NCBI GenBank assembly: GCA_903930515.1 | Contig: CAIYYW010000091.1 | Span: 1 to 41,070, forward strand | Origin: an uncultured delta proteobacterium | GTDB lineage: Bacteria; RBG-13-61-14; DRUE01 | Direction: 5' to 3' | DNA length: 41,070 nucleotides | Part shown: in pieces, positions 19,416-30,188 of the stretch | Layout: every line of letters starts with the position of its first letter | Position numbering within the stretch: the first letter of the stretch is position 1 | Translations under genes and position numbers: made by a program | The notes under the pieces: generated by a model | The model's database searches: none | Seen by the model: only the letters and a program-made list of their open reading frames with translations | Told to the model about the DNA's origin: nothing

Positions 19416-20280
19416 TATGACCGGGTTCAGTTCGGTGACCGGGGAGGCGGGGGGGTTTCAGTTCCGGCTGGAAGCCAGGAGCCTGAACCACCGTTTTTTG
19501 GAAATCAAATCCCGTCTGCCGGGGATGTTGTTCGGGCTGGACCCGGAGATTGAAATGCTGGCCCGCGCGTATTTCGAGCGGGGCAAAATTGAAATCCTGG
19601 TCAGCATTGAAAAAGAGCCGGAGGATTTGAGCCTGCCCTGGAGCCGGCCCCGTGCGAAAGCCCTGCTCAAGACCTTTGAGGAAATGAAGGACGAGTTGGG
19701 GCTGGCCGGGGAATTGGATTTGGGATTGTTAATCAGTTTGAAAGATGATATTATTTCCGAGCCGGAGAGACGGGGGAAACAAATCTGGCGGGAACTGGAG
19801 CCGGTTTTTCAGGCCGGTTTTGAGCAACTCCGGAAGGCGCGTCAGGAAGAGGGTAACCGGCTGGAGCAGGATTTAAGAGGCCGGATCAAGCGGATGGTTG
19901 AATTGCAGGCGCTGATCCGGGGCAGGGAGGAACAGGCGCTGCTGGAGGCGCGGTCCCGGTTGCAGAAAAGGATGGAAAAGCTTTTGGCCGAGAGCTCGGC
20001 GCTGGACCCGGGAAGGCTGGAGCAGGAGCTGGCGATCCTGGTAACGCGGTTGGATATTTCGGAGGAAGTGGAAAGGATTTCCAGTCATTTGAAGCAGTTT
20101 GAACTGGAGTTGGATCAGGCGGGCGCCAGGGGAAGGAAACTGGATTTCCTGACCCAGGAACTGAACCGGGAATTCAATACCATGGGCTCGAAAACCCAGA
20201 ACTTGGAGCTTTCTCATTGGTCAGTCGAGGCCAAGACCGAGCTGGAGCGGATTCGGCAGCAGATCCAGAATATTGAATGA
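19405..20280 (+). CDS. yicC: YicC/YloC family endoribonuclease
   Basis: SMTGF, RSLNHRFLE, DISEEVERI and GRKLDFLTQELNREFNTMGSK...QIQNIE. Confidence 0.93.
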   Translation: MLSSMTGFSSVTGEAGGFQFRLEARSLNHRFLEIKSRLPGMLFGLDPEIEMLARAYFERGKIEILVSIEKEPEDLSLPWSRPRAKALLKTFEEMKDELGLAGELDLGLLISLKDDIISEPERRGKQIWRELEPVFQAGFEQLRKARQEEGNRLEQDLRGRIKRMVELQALIRGREEQALLEARSRLQKRMEKLLAESSALDPGRLEQELAILVTRLDISEEVERISSHLKQFELELDQAGARGRKLDFLTQELNREFNTMGSKTQNLELSHWSVEAKTELERIRQQIQNIE

Positions 20281-20291
20281 AGGGGGTCCGG

Positions 20292-20402
20292 ATGAAGGAA
20301 GGCAAATTGATGGACGCGACCCAGGGCAGAAAAACCAGGTCGGCGATCCAGGCCGAGACCATGACCATCTCGCAGCGGCTGGGAGAGGGGATCGTAGGGT
20401 AA
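20292..20402 (+). pseudogene. remA: Truncated, internally deleted remA/DUF370 remnant (36-aa mini-ORF)
   Basis: Translates to MKEGKLMDATQGRKTRSAIQAETMTISQRLGEGIVG*. It contains the RemA-family motifs DATxGRKTRS and SAIQxET..RL, at the conserved yicC-remA-gmk position. Confidence 0.75.
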
Positions 20403-20404
20403 TA

Positions 20405-21037
20405 ATGGATGGCAAGGGACTCCGGTTCATCGTCTCCGCTCCCAGCGGCGCGGGCAAGACCAGCCTGTGCAAGGCGGTCCTGAAAAACATCAACGGCAGT
20501 TTCTCCCGGCCGCTGAAATGGTCCTGCTCCTACACCACCCGGTCCCCCAGGCAGGGCGAGCGCGACGGCGACGATTATTTCTTCGTCAACGACCGGGAGT
20601 TCGACCGGATGGTCCAGGCCGGCGAGTTCGCGGAATGGGCCTTGGTCCACGACCGCCGCTACGGGACTTCCCAGCGGTATTTGCGGGAAGCGGAGGAGAA
20701 GGGGATTGATCTGCTGTTGGAGATTGACTGCCAGGGGGCGCGCGCGCTGCGGGAGAAAAAATTGGCCGGGTCTTACATCTTTATTTTGCCCCCGAGCCGG
20801 GAGGAACTGGAGCGGAGATTGAGGCGCCGGGGCACGGAATCCGAGGAGGTAATCCAAAGGCGATTGAGCCGGGCGTTGGAGGAAGTTGAAGAATACCGAT
20901 TTTACGACTATCTTATAATAAACGATCAGTTTGAATCGGCGGTCAAGGAACTGGAGGGGATCATTCTCGCGGAGCGGGATCGCCTTTCCATCCGGGAAGC
21001 TAAAGTCAAACCGATCCTGGACCAATTTCGGAGGTAA
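20405..21037 (+). CDS. gmk: Guanylate kinase
   Basis: SAPSGAGKTS P-loop, TTRSPRQGE, YGTS, EIDCQGA and FILPPS. Start moved to ATG 20405. Confidence 0.96.
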   Translation: MDGKGLRFIVSAPSGAGKTSLCKAVLKNINGSFSRPLKWSCSYTTRSPRQGERDGDDYFFVNDREFDRMVQAGEFAEWALVHDRRYGTSQRYLREAEEKGIDLLLEIDCQGARALREKKLAGSYIFILPPSREELERRLRRRGTESEEVIQRRLSRALEEVEEYRFYDYLIINDQFESAVKELEGIILAERDRLSIREAKVKPILDQFRR

Positions 21038-21040
21038 GAA

Positions 21041-21292
21041 ATGGCAAGAATAACGGTGGAAGATTGTTTGAAGCAGGTTAATAACCGGTTCGCCCTGGTC
21101 AAGCTGGCGGTAAAGCGGACCAAGCAATTGCTTAAAGGCGCCCTGCCCGAGGTGAAATCGGACAACAAGGAGATCATCGTGGCGCTCCGGGAGATCGCTC
21201 AGGGCAAAATAAAAATGGCCGCTCCCCTTCCGAAAAAGGCGGCCAAGAAATTCCGTTATATCCAGGTCAAGCTGGACGAGGAGCACTTTTAA
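21041..21292 (+). CDS. rpoZ: RNA polymerase omega subunit
   Basis: [16 protein letters not shown]...ALREIA, with gmk-rpoZ-rel synteny. Confidence 0.96.
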   Translation: MARITVEDCLKQVNNRFALVKLAVKRTKQLLKGALPEVKSDNKEIIVALREIAQGKIKMAAPLPKKAAKKFRYIQVKLDEEHF

Positions 21293-21307
21293 GTCGGGCC
21301 TTCAAAT

Positions 21308-23461
21308 TTGATCCGGATCAACGATATTATTGAACGACTGTTGGGCTACAAGCTTAAGCCCAAGGTTGAGTTGATCCAAAAAGCCTACATCTGGAGCGCG
21401 CGCCTCCACAAAGACCAACGCCGCCTTTCCGGAAGGCCTTACCTGTCGCATCCATTGGAAGTGGCCGGTATTCTCACCGAGCTTCAGGCGGACGAGCCTA
21501 CGATCGCGGCCGGGTTGCTCCACGACACCATTGAAGACTGCGCTGTGACCAAGCCGGAGTTGGAGCGGGAATTCGGGGACGAGATCTCCAACCTGGTGGA
21601 CGGGGTGACCCGGGTGGGCAAGATCAGCCGGGGAAACAAGCCCGAGCTTCAGGCCGAATACTTGGGCAAGATGATCCTGGCAATGGCCCGCGACATCCGG
21701 GTGGTGCTGATCAAGCTCGCGGACCGGCTCCATAATATGCAGACCTTGAATTTCCACCCCGAGCAGAAACAGGTGGAGATCGCCGAGGAGACCCTGGAGA
21801 TTTACGCCCCCATCGCCCACCGGCTCGGCATTTACTGGATCAAGACCGAACTGGAGGATTTGTCCTTCCGCTACCTCAAGCCGGAAATCTATTACCGGCT
21901 GGTGGAAGAGGTGGCCAAGATCGCGCATCAGCGTCAGGATTACCTCAAGCGGGTTCAGAGCATTTTAAAGGAAAAGCTGAAAGCCGCGGGTCTGGAGGCG
22001 GAGGTTGAGGGGAGGATCAAGCATTATTACAGCATTTACCAGAAGCTGGAACAGCAGAAGCTCAGCCTGGAAGAAATGAATGATCTTTACGGGTTCCGGA
22101 TCCTGACCAAAACCATCCGCGAATGTTACGAGGCCCTCTATGTGATCCACTCCTTCTGGGTGCCGGTTCCGGGCAGGATCAAGGATTATATCGCGCTCCC
22201 CAAAACCAACCTTTACCAGTCGCTCCACACCTCCGTGATCGGACCGGAGGGGGAGCGGATTGAAATCCAGATCCGGACTTACGAGATGCACAAGATCGCG
22301 GAAGAAGGGATCGCCGCGCATTGGCTCTACAAGAAAGGCGTAAGCGTGATTGAGGAGGATGAGGAGGATCATTTTGCCTGGCTGAAAAGGCTGGTGGAGT
22401 TCAAGCAGGAATTGTCCGACCCGCACCAGTTCCTGGAAACGGTGAAGAGCGATTTATTCCCGGATGAAGTTTATGTCTTCACCCCCAAGAGCGACCTGAA
22501 TGTCTTCCCCAAAGGGGCCACCCCGATTGACTTCGCCTTTTCCGTCCATACCGATCTCGGCGTCCATTGCGCCGGCGCCCGGGTCAACAACCGGATCGTG
22601 CCCCTCTCCTATAAGCTGAAGAGCGGGGACATCGTGGAAATAATTTCCAGCAAGGAAACCCATCCGGTCAAGGCCTGGCTGGAAATTTCCTTCACCCAGC
22701 GGGCCCGGACCAAGATCCAGCACTACCTCCGTTCGGAGGAAACCAAGAAAAGCTCGGAGCTGGGCCGTCAGATTATTGAAACCGAATTACTCAAGTTCGA
22801 CCTCCATCTCAACAACCTGATCAAATCCGGAAAGCTGGACGAGCTGGCGAGGAAGTTCAGCTTCGCAGATCACAAGAAGCTGCTGGAGGCGATCGGGTAT
22901 GGAAAATTTTCGCACCGGAAGATCGTCGCCCAACTGGTTTCCCGGGACGAGTTGCGGAGGATGGCGCCGGGCGTGGGCCGGAAGGGCGGGCGCAAGGCGG
23001 GCGCGGATAAAAAGCCGCGGGGCATTTTGATCAAGAGCGTGAACGAGCCGCTGATCCAGTTCGGCCCCTGCTGCCAGCCGCTCCCGGGCGAGGAGATCGT
23101 GGTTTATCTTACGCCCGATTCCGGATACGCGGTGCACAAGGCGGGTTGCCCGAAAATCCAGGGCCTGGACCCGGACAAGATCATCCCGGCCGGATGGTCT
23201 AAAAAAATCAAGGGGACCTTTACCACCACCATTGAAGTGGTGAGCTCGGATGAAACCGGCTTGCTCTCGGAAATGAGCGGGGCCATCAGCAAGCTCGGGA
23301 TCAACATCAGCAAGGCCTTGGTCCGGACCATTGACGGACAGAAGGCCGTGGCCACTTTTGAAATCCAGTTGAATAACGCCTCGGAACTCAGCCGCGTGCT
23401 CAACCGGCTCGGCCGGATCAGGAAAGTGATCAGCGTGGAAAAAATTTCCGGGGCTTCTTGA
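21308..23461 (+). CDS. spoT: Bifunctional (p)ppGpp synthetase/hydrolase (RelA/SpoT family)
   Basis: Intact HD motif (LLHDTIED), KLADRLHNM, RIKDY, YQSLHT, EIQIRT, TGS (VFTPK..TPIDFA), CCQPLPG and a C-terminal ACT domain; TTG start. Confidence 0.95.
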   Translation: MIRINDIIERLLGYKLKPKVELIQKAYIWSARLHKDQRRLSGRPYLSHPLEVAGILTELQADEPTIAAGLLHDTIEDCAVTKPELEREFGDEISNLVDGVTRVGKISRGNKPELQAEYLGKMILAMARDIRVVLIKLADRLHNMQTLNFHPEQKQVEIAEETLEIYAPIAHRLGIYWIKTELEDLSFRYLKPEIYYRLVEEVAKIAHQRQDYLKRVQSILKEKLKAAGLEAEVEGRIKHYYSIYQKLEQQKLSLEEMNDLYGFRILTKTIRECYEALYVIHSFWVPVPGRIKDYIALPKTNLYQSLHTSVIGPEGERIEIQIRTYEMHKIAEEGIAAHWLYKKGVSVIEEDEEDHFAWLKRLVEFKQELSDPHQFLETVKSDLFPDEVYVFTPKSDLNVFPKGATPIDFAFSVHTDLGVHCAGARVNNRIVPLSYKLKSGDIVEIISSKETHPVKAWLEISFTQRARTKIQHYLRSEETKKSSELGRQIIETELLKFDLHLNNLIKSGKLDELARKFSFADHKKLLEAIGYGKFSHRKIVAQLVSRDELRRMAPGVGRKGGRKAGADKKPRGILIKSVNEPLIQFGPCCQPLPGEEIVVYLTPDSGYAVHKAGCPKIQGLDPDKIIPAGWSKKIKGTFTTTIEVVSSDETGLLSEMSGAISKLGINISKALVRTIDGQKAVATFEIQLNNASELSRVLNRLGRIRKVISVEKISGAS

Positions 23462-23498
23462 TTCGGGGACCAGACATTCCGGTCTGCGCACATTTGTT

Positions 23499-23690
23499 TT
23501 AAGCCGCTTTCTCCACCTTGCCGCTCCTTAAACAGCGCGTGCAGATCATCACCCGCTTATTCCCCTTCTTGGTCTTGATCCGGACCTGCTGAAGGTTCGG
23601 CTGAAAAGTCCGGTGGGTCTTCCGATGGGAATGGCTGATGTTATTACCGAACCCAACCCCTTTGCCGCATACTGAGCATTTATAACTCAT
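23499..23690 (-). CDS. rpmB: 50S ribosomal protein L28 (Zn-ribbon type)
   Basis: CSVCGKG..FGNNISHSH...FQPNLQ...CTRCLRSG; SD AAGGAG. Confidence 0.96.
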   Translation of the reverse strand: MSYKCSVCGKGVGFGNNISHSHRKTHRTFQPNLQQVRIKTKKGNKRVMICTRCLRSGKVEKAA

Positions 23691-23711
23691 CTTCTCTCTC
23701 CTTATCTTTTA

Positions 23712-23786
23712 TGGTAGGAACGGTGGGATTTGAACCCACAACCCCTGCCGCGTCAGGGCAGTGCTCTTCCATTGAGCTACGTTCCT
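23712..23786 (-). tRNA. tRNA-Val(GAC)
   Basis: Minus strand reads AGGAACG TAGCTCAATGGAAGAGC A CTGCC-CTGACGC-GGCAG GGGTT GTGGG-TTCAAAT-CCCAC CGTTCCT ACCA: a 75-nt cloverleaf with anticodon GAC. Confidence 0.95.
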
Positions 23787-23800
23787 TCAATACCCTCAAA

Positions 23801-23828
23801 AGTCTAACCCATCCCGCCTGAAAGTCAA
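23801..23828 (-). promoter_or_regulatory. Promoter of tRNA-Val/rpmB
   Basis: Minus strand TTGACT-16 bp-TAGACT, 14 nt upstream of the tRNA 5' end. Confidence 0.55.
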
Positions 23829-23909
23829 GTTTTTCATTATCCCCGCCCCGATAAATCCGGCCGGTTTTTACTCACAATCCCCCAGGCGGGGCAGGCAGGG
23901 GTTTGCGAT

Positions 23910-23938
23910 TTGACAGCTATTCCCAAATTTGTTATAAA
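23910..23938 (+). promoter_or_regulatory. Sigma70-type promoter of the two-component cluster
   Basis: TTGACA-17 bp-TATAAA with an extended TG. Confidence 0.6.
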
Positions 23939-24026
23939 TTTATTATGTTAATAAATGACTGTGCAAAACATTTTACACTGTTTTGGAATGACGGCAACCG
24001 GTCCTCCCTGAGAAAAGGCTCGGCAG

Positions 24027-25591
24027 ATGACGGATAAGAAAAAGTCTAAAAAAGAACTCCCAAACGAACTGACTGCCCTGCGCCGGCGAGTCTCGCACCT
24101 GGGAAAAGCAAAAGCGGATCAGAAAAGAACCGAGGTAAATTTACGGAAGGAAAAAAATAAGGCGCAAAAGTATCTGGATTTCGCTGGAGTAATTATTGTC
24201 GTTATTGATGCGGATCAAAGGGTAAGCCTGGTTAATAAAAAAGGTTGCGAGGTTCTGGGATGGCCGGAAAACAAGATGATCGGCAAAAACTGGTTTGATC
24301 ATTTCGTTCCGGAGACGGTCCGGAAAGAGACAAAAGAGGCTTTCCAAAAAATTATGGCAGGAAATATTGGGCCGGTGAAATATTTTGAAAACCCGCTTTT
24401 AACCAGGGGCGGCGAGTCAAAACTCATTGCCTGGAACAATACCATCCTGAGAGATGAGCAGGGCAAGATCATCGGCGCTTTAAGCTCGGGCGAGGACATC
24501 TCTTCCCGAGAGCGGATAGAAAATGAGATCATCATGCGCGAGGTCGAGTATCATTTCCTGTTTGATTCCGCCCCGGTCGGGATCTGGTTCGCTGATTACG
24601 AGGGGAATGTGCTTGAATGCAACCGGGCGATCAGCGAATTGACCGGTTACAGCCTGGAGGAATTTAAAGAGATTAAGCTGGAAAATATCTATTCCAATCC
24701 TGAAGACCGCAAAAAATTACTAAGCGAGATGGAGAACACCGGCCGGGTTCGGGATTTTGAAGTTAAATTGAAACGCAAGGAAGGCACGGTATTTTATGCG
24801 CTTTTGAATGAGGATCAAGTAATCAAGTCTGGATTAAAACTCATCCTGACCACGGCCCGGGATATTTCCCGGCGCAAACTTGCCGAAATGGCGCTCGCGG
24901 CAAAAGTGGCTGAGCTGGAGCAGTCCAATCAAGAGCTGGAGCAATTTGCTTATGTGGCCTCGCACGACCTCCAGGAGCCGCTCCGGATGGTTGCCAGCTA
25001 TACTCAGTTGCTGGGAAGCGCTATAGCGATGCCCTGGATCAGGATGCGAAAGATTTTATCAATTTTGCCGTGGATGGCGCCATCCGGATGCAAAGGTTAA
25101 TCTCCGACCTCCTGACCTATTCCCGGATCGACACCCGGGGAAAATACTTTGAAAAAGTGGATTCCCGTTCTGCGCTCGGACAGGCAATCGCTAACCTGCG
25201 CGCAACGATTGAAGAAAACAAGGCCGTCATCACCAATGACGATCTGCCCGAAGTAATCGCGGACGAGACCCAGTTGATCCAGGTGTTCCAGAACCTGATT
25301 GGAAACGCGATTAAATTTCGGAGCAGTGACCCTCCCCGCATCCATATTTCAGCAGAACTGAAAGGCAAGGAATGGCTCTTCTCGGTCCGCGATAATGGCA
25401 TCGGCATTGACCCGAGGTATTTTGACCGGATCTTTATCATCTTTCAGCGCCTGCACAGCCGGGACGAATATCCCGGCACCGGTATCGGCCTTACCTTATG
25501 CAAAAGAATTATTGAGCGGCACGGAGGCAAGATCCGGGTGGAGTCGGAGCCGGGAAAAGGATCCACTTTTTATTTCACAATTCCCGAGTAA
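24027..25591 (+). pseudogene. PAS-PAS sensor histidine kinase split by a 1-nt frameshift (pseudogene or sequence error)
   Basis: ORF 24027-25100 has two PAS domains and the H-box [13 protein letters not shown] 25070-25591 has the N, G1, F and G2 boxes. Adding one base at CTGGGAAGCGC (about 25011-25021) restores ...[32 protein letters not shown]. Confidence 0.85.
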
Positions 25592-25605
25592 TAAAGGAGG
25601 CAAAA

Positions 25606-26064
25606 ATGAACAATAATACGCAACCTGTAAAACCCATTGAAATTCTCCTGGTGGAGGATAATCCCGGAGATGCCCGGCTGGCAAAAGAAGCGCTCAAAGA
25701 CAGCAAAGTGCTCAATGAACTTTATCATGTGGATGACGGGGTAAAAGCGATGCAATTCCTGCGCAAGCAAGGCAAATATGCTGGAGTTCCCCGACCCGAC
25801 CTGGTTTTGCTGGACTTGAACCTTCCCAAAAAGGACGGCCGGGAAGTCCTCGCTGAGATCAAGGCCGATGACGATTTAAAACGGATCCCGGTGGTGATCC
25901 TGACCATTTCCCTGAATGAGGAAGACATTTTGAAAACTTATAACCTTCACGCCAATTGCTACATCACCAAGCCGGTTGACCTGGAGCAATTCATCAAGGT
26001 GGTGAAGTCCATAGAGGAATTCTGGTTCACCATCGTCAAACTTCCTCCCAAGAAGATACAATGA
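25606..26064 (+). CDS. Single-domain response regulator (Rcp1-like)
   Basis: [28 protein letters not shown] and ANCYITKP. Confidence 0.93.
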   Translation: MNNNTQPVKPIEILLVEDNPGDARLAKEALKDSKVLNELYHVDDGVKAMQFLRKQGKYAGVPRPDLVLLDLNLPKKDGREVLAEIKADDDLKRIPVVILTISLNEEDILKTYNLHANCYITKPVDLEQFIKVVKSIEEFWFTIVKLPPKKIQ

Positions 26065-29000
26065 GCGGGAAAAAGGTCAAAATCCTTCTGGTGGAAGACA
26101 ATCCCGCGGATGTGCGCCTGATCCGGGAGATGCTTTCCGAGGAGAAAGAAACACGATTTGAACTGGAGTCGGCTAATCTGCTTTCGGTTGCACTGGAAAA
26201 AATAGCCAAACCCGGCTCCGGCAATGGATTGGATCTCATCCTCCTGGACCTCGGCCTCCCGGATAGTATCGGCTTTGACACCTTCCTTAAAACCCACGCC
26301 GAGTCCTCGGAACTGCCGATTATCATCCTAACCGTAATGGATGACCAGGAGCTGGCGGTGGAGGCGGTTCGCGGCGGAGCCCAGGATTACCTGGTCAAGG
26401 GCCAGATGAATAGCAACCTGCTGACCCGGTCCATCCGGTATGCCATAGAGCGCAAGCGGGCCGAGGAAGATTTACGGAAAAGCCAAAATTATTTCCGGTC
26501 CCTGATTGAAAATTCCTTTGACACCATTATGATCCTGGATCAAAAAGCGGTAATCCAATATGTAAGTCCTCCCGTGCAGCGCATCCTCGGTTATGCTCGG
26601 GGAGAAGGGCTTTCTCAAAGCGCCCTGGTTTTTATTCATCCTGAAGACCATAAATATGTTATGGAAAAATTCGCGGAATGCGTCCAAAATCCCGGGATGA
26701 TTGCCGTCATCAATCTCCGGCTCCGACATAAGGACGGCTCCTGGCGGCTGGTGGAAGCCACAGGCCGAAGCCTGTTCCATGACCCCGCGGTGAAAGGTTT
26801 CATTATCAATTTCCGCGACATCACGGAGCACAAGCAGATGGAGGACGCGCTGCGGGTGAGCGAGCAAAGATTTCAGCGCGCTATCACTGCGATGGAAGGT
26901 GGCCTTTGGGAATGGGATCTTTCAACCAATCAGGAGTTTTTTTCCCCTCGCTGGTGTGAGATTATCGGCTACTCGGTTGATGATCCGGAATTGCCGCATA
27001 CATACAATTCGTGGGCAGAAAGAATCCACCCTGATGACTCCGAGCGTGTGATGAGTGCTCTGAAGAACCATCTTGAGAAGGGCGCAAAATATGATGTTGA
27101 CTATCGGCATCGGCATAAATCGGGTGAATACCGCTGGCAAAATTCCAAGGGCCTGACGATTTTTGACGAGAGAGGAAAGCCTGAGAAAATGGTCGGGTGT
27201 ATCTCCGACATTACCGTGCGCAAGCGGGCGGAGCGGGCGGTTGCGGACAAGAACCGGGTTCTCACCTTCATCAACAACTACTCCAACGAGCTCTTGTCCC
27301 AGCCCCCAGACCAGATCAACGATTTTGTGGTGCGGAGGCTCAAGGACTTCACCGGAGCTGCCGCCGTGCTGATCACGAGTTACGACGCGAAGTCGTCGGA
27401 CCTCGTGGTCCAGGCCTCAACGCTCAACGAGGAGCACAACTCGCTGATTTTCCGACTCCTGGGCAAGCAAATCATCGGCTTCCGAAGCCATGTGGATCCG
27501 GCCATGTATGAGGAGATAACCACACAGGTCATTGGCATAAGGCAGTCCATTCACGAGGTCACATTCGGCGCGGTACCCAAACCGATCGGCGCCGCAATCC
27601 AGGCGGCTCTCGGCATCTCGTGGTTCACCGGCGCGGCGTTGACGAAAGACAAGCAACTCGTAGGAACATTGATGATCGTCGGCAACGCCGAAACGAGCCC
27701 TCTCGACCAGGAGTTTCTCTCCACATTTTCGAGCATCACCGGCAACGCCCTCGAGCGCAAACGGACGGAGGAGGAGTTGCGAGAGTCCGAGCAGCGATAC
27801 GCCACCCTCTTCCGGAACGCGGCGGAGGGGATACTCGTTGCGGACATTGAGACGAAGGTGTTCGTCTACGCCAACCCCGCCATCTGCCGGATGCTGGGCT
27901 ACTCCGAGGAGGAGATAAAGCGCCTCGGCGTCCAGGACATTCACCCGGCGGAGTCCCTCGCGCATGTGCTAGGCGTGTTTGAGGCCCAGGCCCTCGGCAA
28001 GAAGCCCTTCTCGAGGGAGCTCCCCTGCCGGCGGAAGGACGGCTCCGTCATCTACGCCGACATCGCCGCCAGCGGCATGGTCCTCAATAAAAGGCGCTGC
28101 AATGTGGGCTTCTTCTCCGATGTCACCGAACGCAAGCGGGCGGAAGAGGAGCTGCTCCGCTCGGAGACCAAGTTCCGCACCCTCTACGATACGACCAGCG
28201 ACGCGGTGATGCTGCTGGACCAGAAAGGCTTTTTCGACTGCAACCAGGCGACCCTGGCGATCTTCGGCTTTGCCACCCGGGAGGAGTTCTGCTCCAAACA
28301 CCCCGGCGAGGTGTCGCCTCCTAGGCAGCCGTGCGGCACGGATTCCATGACCCTAGCCAACCAGCGGATTGCCACGGCTTTGGAAAAGGGCAGCAACCAA
28401 TTTGAATGGACGCATAAAAGAGCCGACACCGGCGCGGTCTTTCCCGCCGAGGTGCGCCTCAGCGCCATGGAACTGGACGGCAAACCGGTGGTTCAGGCGG
28501 TTGTGCGCGACATCACCGTGCGCAAGCGGGCGGAAGAGGAGTTGAAATTCAAGAACCTTATTTTGTCCACCCAGATTGAAACCTCAATGGATGGAATCCT
28601 GGTGGTTGATCAAAACGGCAAAATATTATCAGTCAACCGCCGCTTTGCCGAGATGTGGGGAATTCCCGACGAGGTGCTGGAGTCCAAGTCCGACCAGCGC
28701 GCCCTCCAATCGGTCAATGACAAGCTCGCGGAACCGGAGCGCTTTATTGAGAAGGTAAAATATCTTTACAGCCATCCCGAGGAGACCAGCCACGATGAAA
28801 TCGCCCTCCAAGACGGCAGGATCTTTGACCGCTACTCATCCTCAATGATGGGAAGCGACCGCCAGTCTCTCGGACGGGTCTGGTATTTCCGCGACATCAC
28901 CCTTTACAAAAAAAACGAAACCGAACTGATGCGGGCCGAGAAGCTGGAATCTTTGAGTCTGCTCGCCGGGGGCATTGCCCATGATTTCAATAACCTGCTG

Positions 29001-30110
29001 GCGGTGATTTTGGGAAACCTGTCCCTTTCCCTGAGCGCGCCCGCGCTTGACCCGGACTTGAAGGAAAACCTGCAAGAGGCGGAAACCGCTTCTTCCCGGG
29101 CCAAGGAATTGATCCGGCAATTGCTCACCTTTGCCAAGGGCGGCGCCCCGATCCGGAAGGCCGCCAACATCGTGGATTTGATCAAGGAGTCAACCTCTTT
29201 CGCCATCAGCGGCTCCAATGTCCGGGCTGAATTCTTCATCCCCGGGGACCTCTGGCCGGTGGAGGTGGACTTGCCCCAGATCAGCCAGGTGATCAGCAAC
29301 CTGGCGATCAACGCGGTCCAGGCCATGCCCAAAGGCGGGACCGTGAAAATTATGGCCGAGAATGTGCTGGTGGAAGAAAAAAATAATTTGCCGCTCAATC
29401 CCGGAAGATATATCAAGGTCTCGGTGAGGGACCAGGGAATCGGCATCTCCGAAGAAAATCTGGATAAAATCTTTGACCCCTATTTCACCACCAAAAAAAC
29501 CGGGTCCGGTCTTGGACTGGCGACCACCTATTCCATCATCAAGAAACACGACGGCTTGATCAGCGTGGAAAGCAAAAAGAACGCCGGAACCAATTTCTAT
29601 TTTTATCTGCCCGCCTCCTTAAGATCCGCGGACCCGACCCTCTTCCACGAAGAAAATTTGGTTCTGGGCAGCGGCCGGATCCTGGTGATGGATGACGAGG
29701 AAATCATCCGCAACACCGCCGGCCGGATGCTCAAGTCCCTCGGCTATGAAGTGGAATTGGCCGAAGATGGCGAAATTATGCTGGAGCTTTACCGGCAGGC
29801 GAAAAATTCCGGACATCCCTTTGACGCCGTGATTATGGACCTGACCATTCCCGGCGGAATGGGGGGAAAGGAGGCAATCCGGAAATTGCTCAAGCTTGAC
29901 CCGGACGCGGTTGCCATTGTCTCCAGCGGCTATTCCAACGACCAGATTATGGCTCAACATTCCAAATACGGCTTTTCCGGCGTGGTGGTCAAGCCCTATA
30001 AGCTGGTGGAATTGGGCCGGGTGTTAAACGATATTTTGACCAACCGAAAACAGTCCAAAACCATCCCCCGCCCAAGCTCCCGGGCGACGGAGCCCGACCG
30101 ACACCTTTGA
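26061..30110 (+). CDS. Hybrid sensor histidine kinase: REC-PAS-PAS-GAF-like-PAS-PAS-PAS-HisKA-HATPase-REC
   Basis: N-terminal REC, repeated DIT/DVT PAC ends, H-box [35 protein letters not shown] and a C-terminal REC (MDDE..MDLTIP..KPY). Confidence 0.93.
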   Translation: MSGKKVKILLVEDNPADVRLIREMLSEEKETRFELESANLLSVALEKIAKPGSGNGLDLILLDLGLPDSIGFDTFLKTHAESSELPIIILTVMDDQELAVEAVRGGAQDYLVKGQMNSNLLTRSIRYAIERKRAEEDLRKSQNYFRSLIENSFDTIMILDQKAVIQYVSPPVQRILGYARGEGLSQSALVFIHPEDHKYVMEKFAECVQNPGMIAVINLRLRHKDGSWRLVEATGRSLFHDPAVKGFIINFRDITEHKQMEDALRVSEQRFQRAITAMEGGLWEWDLSTNQEFFSPRWCEIIGYSVDDPELPHTYNSWAERIHPDDSERVMSALKNHLEKGAKYDVDYRHRHKSGEYRWQNSKGLTIFDERGKPEKMVGCISDITVRKRAERAVADKNRVLTFINNYSNELLSQPPDQINDFVVRRLKDFTGAAAVLITSYDAKSSDLVVQASTLNEEHNSLIFRLLGKQIIGFRSHVDPAMYEEITTQVIGIRQSIHEVTFGAVPKPIGAAIQAALGISWFTGAALTKDKQLVGTLMIVGNAETSPLDQEFLSTFSSITGNALERKRTEEELRESEQRYATLFRNAAEGILVADIETKVFVYANPAICRMLGYSEEEIKRLGVQDIHPAESLAHVLGVFEAQALGKKPFSRELPCRRKDGSVIYADIAASGMVLNKRRCNVGFFSDVTERKRAEEELLRSETKFRTLYDTTSDAVMLLDQKGFFDCNQATLAIFGFATREEFCSKHPGEVSPPRQPCGTDSMTLANQRIATALEKGSNQFEWTHKRADTGAVFPAEVRLSAMELDGKPVVQAVVRDITVRKRAEEELKFKNLILSTQIETSMDGILVVDQNGKILSVNRRFAEMWGIPDEVLESKSDQRALQSVNDKLAEPERFIEKVKYLYSHPEETSHDEIALQDGRIFDRYSSSMMGSDRQSLGRVWYFRDITLYKKNETELMRAEKLESLSLLAGGIAHDFNNLLAVILGNLSLSLSAPALDPDLKENLQEAETASSRAKELIRQLLTFAKGGAPIRKAANIVDLIKESTSFAISGSNVRAEFFIPGDLWPVEVDLPQISQVISNLAINAVQAMPKGGTVKIMAENVLVEEKNNLPLNPGRYIKVSVRDQGIGISEENLDKIFDPYFTTKKTGSGLGLATTYSIIKKHDGLISVESKKNAGTNFYFYLPASLRSADPTLFHEENLVLGSGRILVMDDEEIIRNTAGRMLKSLGYEVELAEDGEIMLELYRQAKNSGHPFDAVIMDLTIPGGMGGKEAIRKLLKLDPDAVAIVSSGYSNDQIMAQHSKYGFSGVVVKPYKLVELGRVLNDILTNRKQSKTIPRPSSRATEPDRHL

Positions 30111-30188
30111 AAAAGAGGACGGGAGCCGCTCTTCCAATCCGGCCGCAGTGTGCTAAGCTCTTGAAAAAGCCATTCGGGGGAATGGGAA

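Noticed and set aside
20273-20404. 44-aa N-terminal extension of Gmk
   Set aside because: The region is better explained by the remA remnant in another frame; Gmk homology begins at ATG 20405.
25005-25030. Programmed -1 ribosomal frameshift
   Set aside because: The sequence as given (G GGA AGC) is not a canonical X XXY YYZ heptamer, and no obvious stimulator is visible.
24027-26064. Bacteriophytochrome (Cph1/Rcp1) light-sensing operon
   Set aside because: The kinase core and receiver are Cph1/Rcp1-like, but there is no GAF-PHY photosensory module or LOV motif.
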